Source of the DNA: Geosiphon pyriformis uo1
Lineage: Eukaryota; Fungi; Glomeromycota
Assembly: GCA_016748015.1 (NCBI GenBank)
Contig: JAAOMT010000088.1
Coordinates: forward strand, 398,542-462,541
DNA length: 64,000 bases
Direction of reading: 5' to 3'
Part shown: positions 38,801 through 51,936 of the stretch, one piece after another
How positions within the stretch are numbered: position 1 is the stretch's first letter
Layout of the letters: every line of letters starts with the position of its first letter
Made by a program: the position numbers and the translations under genes
Notes under the pieces: model-generated
Told to the model about the DNA's origin: nothing
What the model saw: the letters and a program-made list of their open reading frames with translations, nothing else
Databases searched by the model: none

Positions 38801-41800
38801 TGCCTTTATTCATTGAATCTCTGGAAAGTATTAGCAATGAATCACAAGTGAAGGTTCGGCGGATTTCCGTAACTGCCTTTAATAGAATTTCCTGAATCCC
38901 AAGTCCAGAGCGAATTTTACTGCCAATGGAAAATAATAATTTTGTCATTTGGTTTTCTCTATATTCTTGAAAATCAAGCTCCTGGCGTAATTTCGAAAGT
39001 CTTATGTTAACTCGAACGCGTGCAATGAGTTCACGAGCACTGAATGGCTTGATCAAATAGTCATCAGCACCCTTATCCAGGCCTTATAAGTAAAGTTTTT
39101 TCATCCTTAAGTTTTTATAATGATGTGTAACAAGCTGAAAATTTTTTCTGTGACAGACCTTCCACGTTTGCCTCTTCTCCCGCTCTTGCTGATAAAAAGA
39201 TAACGGGAATAAATCGAGTCGATGTATCAGAACGTATAGCTTCTAGCAACTCAAAACCATTCATCCTCGGCATCATTATATCTGTGGATAAAGCGTAGAA
39301 AAGTAGGTATCAAACCAATTTTAAATGTAAATCAATTATGAGTAAAAAAATTTACCACTTAATATTAGATCTGGTTTTTCCCTATTAGTTCTTATAACTC
39401 TAATTGCATCAAAACCATCGCAAGCAGAAATAACTTCAAACTCTTTTTGGAGAATTTCACGAAGATAATTTCTAATTGATAAGGAAAAATTTTCAGTTAT
39501 CTCACAATCCCAAGGATACTTCAAATTAAAAGTTTATAAAACATTATTGTTACCTCATATCAGTGTTATCATCTATTAAAAGAACCCGAAAGAGTCGATT
39601 AGGATCATTTCGAAGCTCTGCGGGATGTAAAAATGGTGAAGGATCTTCCTTGATTGATAAACTCTTCAAATTCTCCATTGTTATCTTAGCAACTTCATCA
39701 TCCCTGTAATTAATTGGAAAACTATATGTTTGGGGTTTACTGACAATCCATTGCTTAGTTTCCTCCAAGTATAAATCGACGTCATTGAAAGGTTTATTTT
39801 TGCTTAATACTGTTACCGAATTACTCTCTGCGTGTTCGCCTCCACGAATTTTGATTAAAACATTTTTTTGAGGCAAATGGTCATAACCAGTTGGAATCCA
39901 AACTTGGAATTTGGTACCAACATTGATTTGAGAAGTTACTTTGATATCTCCTCCATGAAGGGTGATTAATTCCTTGACAAAAGCAAGGCCGATGCCAGTG
40001 CCTTCGTGGGTGCGTGATTGTTGAGATTCAACTCTATAAAAGCGTTGAAATAGTTTTTCGAGATGTTCCTTGGCAATTCCAACGCCTTAGTTAAAACGAG
40101 AATTTAGAATTAAAAAATTTATTAAAAGAAAACAAACATTGCAAAATGGTTATAAAAACCTGTGTCGGAAACTTCCAATACAACAACTTCACCACATTCC
40201 CTTTTATCAGGGTAAAGCCGTACAGTAATATTTCCGTGCCAGGTATATTTGAAGGCATTGGAGCCTAAATAAATGGTTGTAAATTTAATTTGCAAATTTT
40301 AAAAATCCAAGATCGATTGTGACCTACATAAATTGAGTAGAATTTTTTCGTACAATTCTGAATCGAGGTACACTTTTCGTTGCAGTTGAGCTTCCAAGAT
40401 TTTATCCTCTGGGATATCAAGATGAAGCTCCAAACCAAATGATTTAGCCATGCCCTCAAAGTTGGCGGCTAATTCTCTTGTAAGCTTTGCAATCTGTGTT
40501 TCGGAATAATGAGCTTCAAGATGACCTGCTTCAATACGTGAGAACTTTTAATTTTGGGTCAAAAATATGAGAAATTATACTTTAAATCCCTCAAACCCTT
40601 TGATATTATGTTAAAAAATCTTCTTACACTTACCTGTAATAAAGTACTCACTAACTTGGACAACCTTTTTGTGTTCCTTTGGGCCATTTCTAAATTTCGT
40701 AAGATTGGGGAATTAGGCTCACAAATTGAGATTGCATCCTCAAGTGGAGCCAATATAAGCGTAAGAGGTGCTAAATTTAAATGAGAATTAATTAGATATT
40801 TTGAAGAGAATAAGAAGCAACTTTTCAAAATCATTACTTCTTAGCTCTTGACTCATATTCTGAAAGAACATAAGTCTTTGACGATTCAGATCGGCCAGTA
40901 GCTCGGTTTGTTTTCTTTCTTCTTCGCGGGACCTTGCGTTTTTCAAACCAGAGCTAACATGACCGACTACCAACTAGGAGAAAAAAAAAGAATAAAGTTA
41001 TACATTGAGACTTGAAAGAAACTTATCATTTATTAAGTATTCACTTTGCAAAATTCCAAATATTTCGCATCCAGCGTTTGATATTTGTTAATGCCACAAA
41101 TTAGGATGGCGGTCAACATGGTTTTCCCAGAAAAAGATGTCGATACGGGAAGAAGAATTGCTTGAGATTGATCGGGGAGAGTGGTGACTTGATATTGATT
41201 TGTTCGGACTACTTCTTTAATGGGCCAAACACCATCTATTGATTGCGTGGATTTCGGTGCTGGTATTGGTATTTGAGAATTTTGATTTATGCCATGATTC
41301 TTGGATTTATCAAAATCTTTTATAAAATCATTCATCCCATCTGTAACGTCAATAAAATCAGGTGTCTTCAATAAATGATCGGGTAGACATCTTTTAGATT
41401 GACCTTCTACAAATCTTAATTCCTCAACTCCATCCTCGCCTAACACGATATGTAAATTGGTATCAAAAGTGGTGGTAGTTAAACGAGCCACATAGCCTTT
41501 GGTTGGTTTATTGATTGCATCATTCTCGAGGAGGTACATTAGAGCATAGGTCAGGTCAGCGTTATCTCTAAGAACTGTGGCAACAGAATGACACGCACTT
41601 TCAGCAGATTTTGCACCTATTGAATCAAGAATGAAGAATATCAGGAATTAGATAATTTACTTATATTTATTTTTATTTCATTTTTTAAAATTAAAAATAC
41701 TTGGATATCCAGCATTTACCCGGAGTTCTCTTTCCTAAATCACTCAAAGTTTTCAAACGGCGAGTAGATAAGACTCTTGCGGTTGTTTCCTGTACTACAG

Positions 41801-42712
41801 CTAATATTCCACCAACTGTTTTATCCATCGTGAATATGGGGCTGAACGTGAAGGAAAAATAGGCTTCTTCGCTATATCCAGCACGTTTTATATAAAACAT
41901 AAGATTATCATTATATTTCCCTTTGCCAGTTGATACGACACTAAAAGCAATTTCGAAAGTTAGAGATACCCAAATCTTTATTTACTTCAGAGGAAGCAAG
42001 AGGAAAGATTATATACTCTTCGAAAATTGGCCCTATACGATCCCAAACCTCAGCCCAAACTTCTGATGCTGGTTTACCTAATGCTAAAATGAATAAATAT
42101 TCAATTAAAACAATATGAAACTAATTCATATGAATCTTGAAATTTTTCTCAGGAATTTTGTTTATCAATGAAGGAAACTTTTTCTCTTGCCTGGATGTTT
42201 CATCTTAATTATGGGTCGCCAGCCTGAAAAATAAAGGAAAATTTTAGATTTCGTTTCAAAAAATTCTCAGTTGCTAATATTTTAAAGCCGAAATCCAGCC
42301 CAAAGATACAAAAGAAATACTTTGATTATAGATTAGAATTTTATCAGGCCCGTAATAAATTGCCATTGGAAATACCGAATTAAGACATAGATCCTGTGAG
42401 GTAGAGGAATCGAAAAAAGTAAATGAAAGTGAATTTTGTAACAGATATATCATAACTGTAATAAACCCCAAGTCATAATTTGCCTAAATTTGTCCTTTTA
42501 TTTTTAATTTAACCATTGAATTCATTAATATACAACTATTAGTTCACTTAAAGTAAATCTATAGATTTAATGTTCTCTGTACTATAAAATTTACCCACCA
42601 CAATGGTTTTTAAGGAGGAGGGCCATGTATCCATAGCGCCCAGTTGTGTTGCTGACCAGTCAAAGGAGTAGACGAGTTTGGCAACAGGAATTTCATCTTG
42701 AAAAGAATTCAT
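35833..42712 (-). CDS. Dual-transmitter hybrid sensor histidine kinase: PAS-like, GAF-like, HisKA(H>Q), HATPase, REC, GAF, HisKA, HATPase, pseudo-REC, REC; many short introns
   Basis: Start MNSFQDEIPVAKLVYSFDWSATQLGAMDTWPSSLKT at 42712; EEAYFSFTFSPI; H-box 1 FFQNMSQELRTPLTL; SNAFKY, DTG.GI, HEGTGIGLA; REC1 VLLIDDNTDMR..DLILSDIMMP..DDYLIKPF; H-box 2 LANTSHELRTPLGAIIG; QDGTGLGLSIC; final REC ILCVEDNPIN..LILMDCAMP..DYLTKP, stop at 35833. Confidence 0.95.
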
Positions 42713-43749
42713 TTTTTGCTTTACGATATATTTTGCTTGATGAGATGAATTCCTGAACTGGGTCTTTAGAAAATTGTATTTATAAAAGAAAAAAAGCCTA
42801 AGTTTTCTATGTAGAAGTAAAAGAAAGTTTTGAAATTAAAAAAAGTTAGATTCAATGGTGATCAAAAAGGACATGTTTAAGCGAAAAAATACAGATTATT
42901 TGTGTTTGGTTTGTTATCTGTTTAAAAATTCCGGTCCAAAAAAGGTAAAACGCATTATTTACATTTAAAATTCGTCTCTTATAACAAATGTAAATGCCTG
43001 ATTACGCAAATGATCATCGATCGCTTCCATGTACATATCAGATCAATCGAAGCTTAAATTAGCATACAACATACTTTTAATTTTGGTATTTTAAAGAAAT
43101 TCAAGATTGACAAGCTAAGGAATAAAATTTTCCTTTCATTAGTTATTGAATTTAGCGAGAAAATTTGAAATCTTTATCATAAAATTTTAACTGATGATCA
43201 CTAATAGCATGAATGATTAAAGCCATAAATCAATTCTGATACAGAAAAAAGCGGGCTTTTTGGGATTTAGGATGGCACATGAAACTTTTCTGTGAAGTTT
43301 TCAAAGAAAAAAAGAAAAGCAACAGATTGGTAGATCAGACATTTGCAAAAATATTCTACTTCTTGAAATATCTAATTTTTACTAATTTATGGTAATTCTC
43401 AAATAGAATACCAAATATAGTCTGGCACAAAAGTTTAACACAGCGTAAAACTTTTGGAAAAATAAATATAAAAATTTTAATTTTAATATGCATATTCACT
43501 CTAGATAATTTAGACACGCTAGACTGAACATTTTGTCTGTTTTATAGTAAAATCCAGTTAACCAAAATTTGAACAATTATAGCAATATTAAATATTAAAA
43601 AATTATTGAATGTATTTGAAATTGAAGAAAATATCCCAACAATGTGAAATTTTGTCTTTAGTTACATACAATTCCATGCCTTTATACAAGGTTTTACAAT
43701 AAAAATATCAATTGGTTTGATATTTGCTCTGTCTCAATTAATGTATATG

Positions 43750-46700
43750 TATACAATCCTAACATAAAATCTTATAATAATAAAACTGCAAATTGTTTAA
43801 TATACAATATAAATTTAATATTAAAGTAAAATATACACTTATCATTACTTTAAAACTGTAAACAGTTTTTGTATTCATTGGTTGAAAATGCATAATGGTA
43901 ATAAATAACAAAAAATATATTGTGTTTTAAAATAAGATAGTTGAACTTTAACAGTATAACTTATTGGATTATCACAAAATAAAATTATCTTTCAGTTTTC
44001 AAGTTGAAATTGTTGCTAGTGAAATTAAAGCCAAAATTAATATTAGATTTAGCATTAGAATTAACAATTAGATTTTTTATTAATTACATAATTTTTTCAA
44101 TTTATTGTTTTAGTAATAATTCCATTTGTAATAAGTTATAAAGAATTTGTCAGACTTTCATAAAACAAAAATGTTAGAACTTAGGATATTATTATTAAAA
44201 AAATTATACAAAAAAATTTATTTTTTTAAGATATCATTCAATAATTTTAAATTTAAAAATCAATAAAATCATTAAAATACTTAATATTAAAATTTTATTA
44301 AATTGTTTTAACTTGAAACCTCAAAAATAAAAAATATCTAAATTTTCAAGCTAAAAAGATTTTTAAAAAGAAATTTTAAATTAATAACAATTATAACTAT
44401 TTTTACCAATTGAATCTTAGCATAAAATTAGTTTTAATCTAGCATACATTATTATTTTACAATTAGGATTGATTATTTAATTAAATATTTAAATCATTTA
44501 TAACTATATTATATTAATAATTTAATTTGTATAATCTTTAAATGCAACTAAACTTTATAATTAAATCATGTATTAAATTAAAATAGATAACATTAAAAAG
44601 TTAACCAAAATATAAAATATTATTAATAATTCAAATTTAATTCAAATTTATTATAAAATTATTTCTAGTTTTTATTAGTAAATTAATATTAATTAAATTA
44701 TATTAATTTTTTATGAATTATTGCAAACAATTTTTATTAATTTACAAGTATAACTATATATTATAATCAATTATACAGTATTCTTAAATATATAATAATA
44801 ATTATTTCAAGGAGTTTAGGCCAGAGTTCGAGTAATTTAAACAAATTTTAAACAATTTAGACTAAATTTCAAATAGTTTATACAAATTTCAAGCAAATAA
44901 GCTAAAATTTATTAAAATAATAAATAGTTTATTAAAATTTACCAGTATTTTATCAAAATAATATTATAAAAATGTTGTATAAAAAAAGAGTTTACTTTTT
45001 CAAAAAATATAATTTATCAAAACAATTTTTGTTATTTTTTTTACTAAAAATTAATAATTTTGCTGTTATTTAACTATTAATATAAATATTTTAGGTTTAT
45101 TTTAAATTATTAAACCCAAAATAAGTAATATTGTAATTTTTATAAGAATTATAACTTTACAGTTAGGCTTCACTCGTTAATCTCGTAATAAATAAAAAAA
45201 TTATAACTTTATTAATATTGAAAAAAATTAAAATTTATTGCAAATTAATGCTTTAAATTAAATTTTAGACTAATTATAATTTTTTAAGATATTGATTATT
45301 ATTTTAATGTGTTTTATTGCTAAAAACTAAATTAAAAAAATAATTTTGTAGTATTTACATAACTATTTGAATTTTTTAATGTTTTAATTAAGTATAATTC
45401 TATCGAAAATTTATATTGTTTTCATTTTTAGGAGCTAAACTATAGATTTGACTTATGTTTATTATAATACATGACTAATTACTTAAGTTAAACAAATAAA
45501 TACTTATTTATCTTTTAATTTAAAGATATTTAATGCTTTAATCTTATTAAAGTATTAAATAAAAATTTATTTATTTTTAATAAGTTTTACAATTATTTTT
45601 TAATTATATTTTTATTAAACTTAATTTTATTTTCTATTATAATATTTATATTATATATTTTTTTATAATTTATAATAAATAATCTATAATTTTCAAGATT
45701 ATAAATATCTATTTTTCAAGTTTTATACTTATTTTTAAATTTGTAGAATTTTTAAAGCATATAATAATTAAGTTAATAATACACTTAATCTAAGTTTTTA
45801 ATAAAACAAAACAATTTTTAATTTTTATAATAAGATTAACTTGAACAATTAAAAGAAACAGCTAAATTTATCAAAATTAATTTTTATAATCATAAATTTA
45901 ATAATAGCAAATAAATTTTGCATCTTAAATTTTAAAAAAACCAAGCAAAATTTATAAATTTTATTGGCAAAACAATTAAAAAACCAAAGTAAAATATTAT
46001 TAAAAAAGCAACAATTTTAATACAAAACATAGATTTAGCAAACTAACTAACAAAAATTTTAAATGCAATAAAAAACTTTAAAATTTTTCAAAAGAAATAA
46101 TAAAAACAGTTTTATAAATAAAAGCCAAATAATCTAAACTTTAATATTTAAAATAGTATTAATGTTTAAAAAATTTTACCAAATATAATTTTTGTATAAA
46201 GTATTAGGTTTAACAGCTGTTTTATTGAAGGCTTTTTTAAATTTAAAAAGCTGTGATATTAAAAAAAAAATTGATTAATTTGGTTTTAAATATAATATAA
46301 AATGCTATAATTTCTCTTTTATTGGTTAAAAAAAGATCTTAATATTATTCTTTATTATTAAAACGAATTAACAAACAAATATAATATTAATAACTATTAA
46401 AAACTTAAAATACATAATGATATATTGTTACGAATTAGCAAACTTTAATTTAATATTTACAACTTTACCTAAAATACGTAAAAAAATATTATACAAAGTC
46501 ATAATAGCAAAAATAAAAACAAATACCACAAAAAAATATACAATTTTAAGAATAATAATAATAAAAATCAAAAACTTAATTTAAACAACAGTATTTAAGA
46601 AAATCTAAAATACAAACTTTATACAAAAAAGCTTAATATTGTTTTTTATAACCAATTTTAAATCAAAAAAATCATATGTAAAGTAAAAAGCAGACTTAAT

Positions 46701-49700
46701 ATAAAATATTTAATTTTATCAGTTTTATTAAACATTTAAATAAAAATTACTATAATTTAATAAAAACTATAAATTTGAAAATATTTTTAATAATAATAAT
46801 AATAGTTTGTTAAAAAATATATATTATTATATAAATAATTATTAATTATAATTTATACATAAATATATAATCTATTTTAGTATTTAAAAAAGCAAAAAGT
46901 TGTAAAACAAAATATTTAAAACAAAAAAAAGCATTATTAATATTGTTGTTTTTGGGCAAAAATCAGTTTATAGTAAGTTTTATAAGAAAAAATAATGAAA
47001 TCTTATTAAAAACACAAAATTACAATTAATCAACAAATTAAAATTAAATTATCAAAGTTAAAACAAGAATTTTGCAATTAGTTATCAAAAATGTGTGGCG
47101 TTTAAAAGCCCAAATTTAAGAAATAAAAATAAAAAATTATTTAAAAAGTTTAAAAAAACGTAATTAAAATAATTTATTAATTAATAGTATTATAAAAACA
47201 ATATTTTTAAACATATAATCATTTTTATTATTTAATTAACATTATAATAAAAGCAAAATGAGATAATAAAATTAATATTTTGCTTAATAAAATAAAATAT
47301 AATAATAATATTAAAAAACATAAATAAATAAAAAAACTTAAAATGTTAATAACAAATATATAATAGATTTATAAAAACATAACTTAAAATATTGACAATA
47401 AGTATTTAAAAACATAATTAAAATATATTTAATTTAAATATTTTATTAAAACTATTTAAATCTATTAATTATTTATATAAGCTTATTTAATATATTAATT
47501 TTTTAAAAGTTAGTAATTTAAATAATCAAATTTAAATAGCTAAATTTAGAACTTTAATTATATATTAATAATAATAATTGTAATTATAATTAACATAATT
47601 AGAACAAATTAATTAATTACATTTTTAATAATAATTTTCAAATAATAATTGCAAATTTAAAATATTAAATTATATAAATAATATAAAAATTTTAAAGCAT
47701 AACAAAATTTGTTATTATTAGATTATATATTAATTATTAATTTTAATTAATATTTTTTAGTTTACCAAAATTTTCTGTATTTAATTTGAATTAATAATTA
47801 TATTATATCATATTTTTTTATTATAATCAAATGAATTATTTATTCTTTTTTTTAATTGTCAATTAATTTTTTTAATTTAATATAATAATATAATTTTTTT
47901 TTATATAACTTAAAAAATACTCTAAATAAATATTATTTAGCTGTTTTTACTTTTAAAAAAGCTCTTTAAGTATTAAAACTAGTAAAAACAATATTAAAAA
48001 TAAGAATTGTAACTATTTTAGTTTTCGTTTAAACTATAACCAAAATTTTTTTATTAAAATTATTTGAAAGTTAAATGCTATTTAAAAAACAAAAAAATTG
48101 ATAATAAAAATTTTTTCACAATACACATAAAAAACATTTATAAAGTACAAAAACATTAAAAACAAAATTGGTTATTTTTATAAATAATTATTAGAAAATA
48201 AAAAACAAATTTAATTTTTCAGTTACCAAAAAAATACTTTTGGTAATATTATCATAATTTATTTATTAAAATATTACAGTTATTTAACATTCTGTAATAT
48301 TTACATATTATAATTAATTTGTATATAATTAATATTATTTTAATAACAAAAATTATTAAAAAATAAATTTTTTTTTGAAATATTTTTAACAAACATTATA
48401 TAATTAAGTTGAATAATTAATTTTATTTTATTTTTTAAATTTAGCAATTCAATTATTAAATTTGGTAATACAAAGAATAATTGTACTTTGTAAGCCAAAA
48501 CCAATAATTAAAATTTTCTAAATATTTTTAATAGTATTTTTTCAATAATAAATTTATATAAAAATTTTATATAAGTTATAGTTCAAATGTTTTTTTCAAC
48601 ATAATGCAGTTTTTTTTAATAAATTTTGTTTATTTTTTTCCGTAAAATTATAAAAATTTATTTTGTTTGATTGTCATTGAATTTTGTGTTGTAATTAAAA
48701 TTATTATTATTGCTTTTTATTATGAATTGAATTTGAATAAAATAAAAACAAACAAACAAAATTTTAATTGATTAAATCTAAATTAACTATTCATAATTCA
48801 ATTTATAATATTTTCTATTAACATAATTATGTAAATTATATTTTGTTCTGAATAGTTTAATTTACAATTAAATAGATATTCAGTTTATTAGAAAATTTTT
48901 TTTTGATTAAAATCCGGTTTATTGAAATAATTATGTACATTTTAATAATTTTTATAAACTAAATTTTATTTGATATGGTTTAATATAATTTGGTTTTCTC
49001 CATAATAAATATGCATTATCTAATTTGTAACTGTTAATTAATTAATTCATTGATTTAATTATCATGCGATTGTTAAACATTTAATTTAATTTATAAAAGA
49101 ATTATTCTACTTGCCTAAAGAGAAAAAAAATTAAATATATAATTATACGCCATTCATTATTACTTAATAAAATTTTCCAGATTTAACTTTAAAAATTGGT
49201 CTAATTTGCTTATGCATATCATAGAAAATTATTGCTTTTAAGTTTTTAAGTCAAAAAAAATCATATTATTTTTTTCATATTAATATAGATATTAACCAAA
49301 ATATTATATAAATTAATTTTACAAATTTAAATTATTAATTAATATATAATGAATTAATATTTTATTACAATAGCACTTTGAAAAAGTATTTTAGTATGTG
49401 AAACTTTTTCATTAAGCCATATTAATTTAAAATAGTCGGTTTTGTATTAATCAAACTCATTCAAAATATTATAATATATAATAAGAATAATATAATTAAA
49501 AATTAATAAAAATTTTTAATTTTGACAAAAATAATAATTATCAGTTTTTAAAAAAAATAAAAATTTTCAATAATTTCTTAGAAATATTTATTAAAATAAT
49601 AAAATTTGGTTAAAATAAGTTAAAAATTAAATATTTTCAATATGAAATTATATTGAAAAAATTAAACTTGATTATAAAACTTGAATTGACATTTTTTTAA

Positions 49701-50850
49701 TAAATATAATTAGATGCTTATATATTACAATTTTATTTTACATAATCAAAAATAAAGATAATTTTAATCATTTTGAACTAAAAATGTTAAATAATGATTA
49801 TTAATAAATAGCAAAAAAATAAAATAATGAAAAGTAATACAATCAATTTAAAAAATTAATTAAACATTGAATATATATTAATTTAATAAAAAAATTTCAA
49901 TTTTCAATTTTAACAAAAAAATTTGAAAAATATAAAAATAATTTAATAAAAGACAATATAGCTATTATAATTTTGTGCTTTAATTAATAATTTTAAAATT
50001 TAATAACAAATATATTTATTTAAAAAAACTACAAAAATAATTTTTACTTTTAAGATATCTCTACAAATAAAAATCAAAAAATGAAAAGATATTAATTGAT
50101 TCAATAAAAAGCTTTTTAATTTGATTGGAAAGTAGGTAATTCTTTGTAAATAAAATATATTTTTTGAAAAATTTTATTTATATATTTATCAAAAATTAAA
50201 TAAATAATTGATAAAATAATGAAAATTACTAAATACAATTAATATATTTAGCATTATAATTGAATAAAAATAAGAGTAATAAGAATAATAATAATATTAA
50301 AAAAATATTATAATAAATAATTGACATAATTAATGTAAAACAAAATAGTTGAAAATAGTAAATGATAAAAGTTACTTGACAATAATACATAATCAAATTT
50401 TTTTCAAGTGTTATTATTTGTCACAATTATTATTCTAATAATTTTCTTTTGTATTTTTATTTTTAATAATTTTTATAATATTTAATTTATTATTTACATT
50501 TATAATAAAAGTATTTTGTAAATTTTATGCTTATTAATTAGCAAAAATCGTAAAATTGCAAAAATTTATTAAAAAAAGTTGAAAACGAAAACAATTATAA
50601 TAGGTAATTACATTATTGTACAATTTATTTGTTTATTTATTTTTCTCAACAAAATTTCAAGTTTTAATTGTTTAAAGTTATTTTGTTTGATATTAAAGTT
50701 TTCATTATAAAAAAAATTTTGAATAAAAAACAGAATAATTATCTATTAAATTTTTTATTACTGACTTAATATTTTTTAATTCAAAATTTTAAAAAAAGAT
50801 ATTAATTTAATTGTCAATTTTTTAACACACCTTAACTCTCATATTTATGA
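43750..50850. other. About 7-kb ultra-AT-rich, ORF-free block, probably hypermutated repeat-derived DNA
   Basis: No ORF of 60 aa or more in the track. Most 60-nt lines contain only a handful of G/C and CpG is very rare, yet the sequence is not simple repeat. Confidence 0.65.
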
Positions 50851-51936
50851 TAAATTTTAGTGAGACTTTCAAGCTCAATTATACCTTGATCAATAATAGT
50901 TTATAGCTTTAAGAGATATTGTTTTTATAGTTAAGAAAAGCGAGTAATTATTAAATCAATAATTTGATCGACAATCAATGAATAAGAAGTTTAGACCATA
51001 CGTATGCTTGCTTGCTATGTTCACCAATAGCAAACCCTCATTTTAAGTTAGAAATTTCAATTTAACAACCTGTTCAAAATAATATATTGTTTGAATTATC
51101 GAATTATTATTCTTTTCAGCATCAAATTTGAAAAAACGCCAGAAACATTGCAGCAAAGGTGTGAATAAAAAACCGTCTATTAAATTTTTTTTCTTGTGTA
51201 AAGCTCCCAAAAAAATTACATCGAGAAAAAATATATACTGTCTCAAAAAGCTTAAACGAAAAATTAATGGAGGGAATTTGATGAAAAAAATCTTCGATAG
51301 GCTTCAAGTTTGTTTTTATAATCATGATAACGTTTCCACATCAAATTAAACGACTTTTTTTCAATCTCAAATATTGTTTTCAAAGAAAATATTTAAAACA
51401 ATTTTCATATCCCAAATTTTCCTATACCTTTCTTGGGAGTCCTTGCAGTTTTCTTTGAACCTTGCTATCGATCCGAAAGTTTTACTACTCATGTAGTTAA
51501 ATGCGTGTAAAGGATGAAAGTATGTGACACTAAAAAAACCAGCGAGTAAGAAAATCGAGAAAACATTGTTGGACTTCCTTTTCACAGGTTCAAACACGAT
51601 TGTTTTACTTACAACAATCACCTCCGTAAATAGTATCATATATATTAAAACCGATCTCTTACATAATCATTTTGTCTAAAAGGCAGCACAACATTTCATA
51701 CTACTATGAAAAACTGCGCTTTTTTAAAAGGATGGCAAATCTCTTTTTGGACTAGATACAAAGTTATACTAATACTCTTGTGGTTAAATGATTGCATATT
51801 TTGTCAAATAGATAGTCTATCAGCTTCTATTATCATCAAATCTTTTTTTTGAAGCTGACCTATAATATAGGGATTGACCTGTTTTTACTGTGAAAACTAC
51901 AAAAAAAACCTCCCCTTGGACTTTTTTGCTTATGAC

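Noticed and set aside
51043-51639. Cluster of short K/F-rich ORFs
   Set aside because: Low-complexity AT-driven ORFs upstream of the kelch gene, with no motifs.
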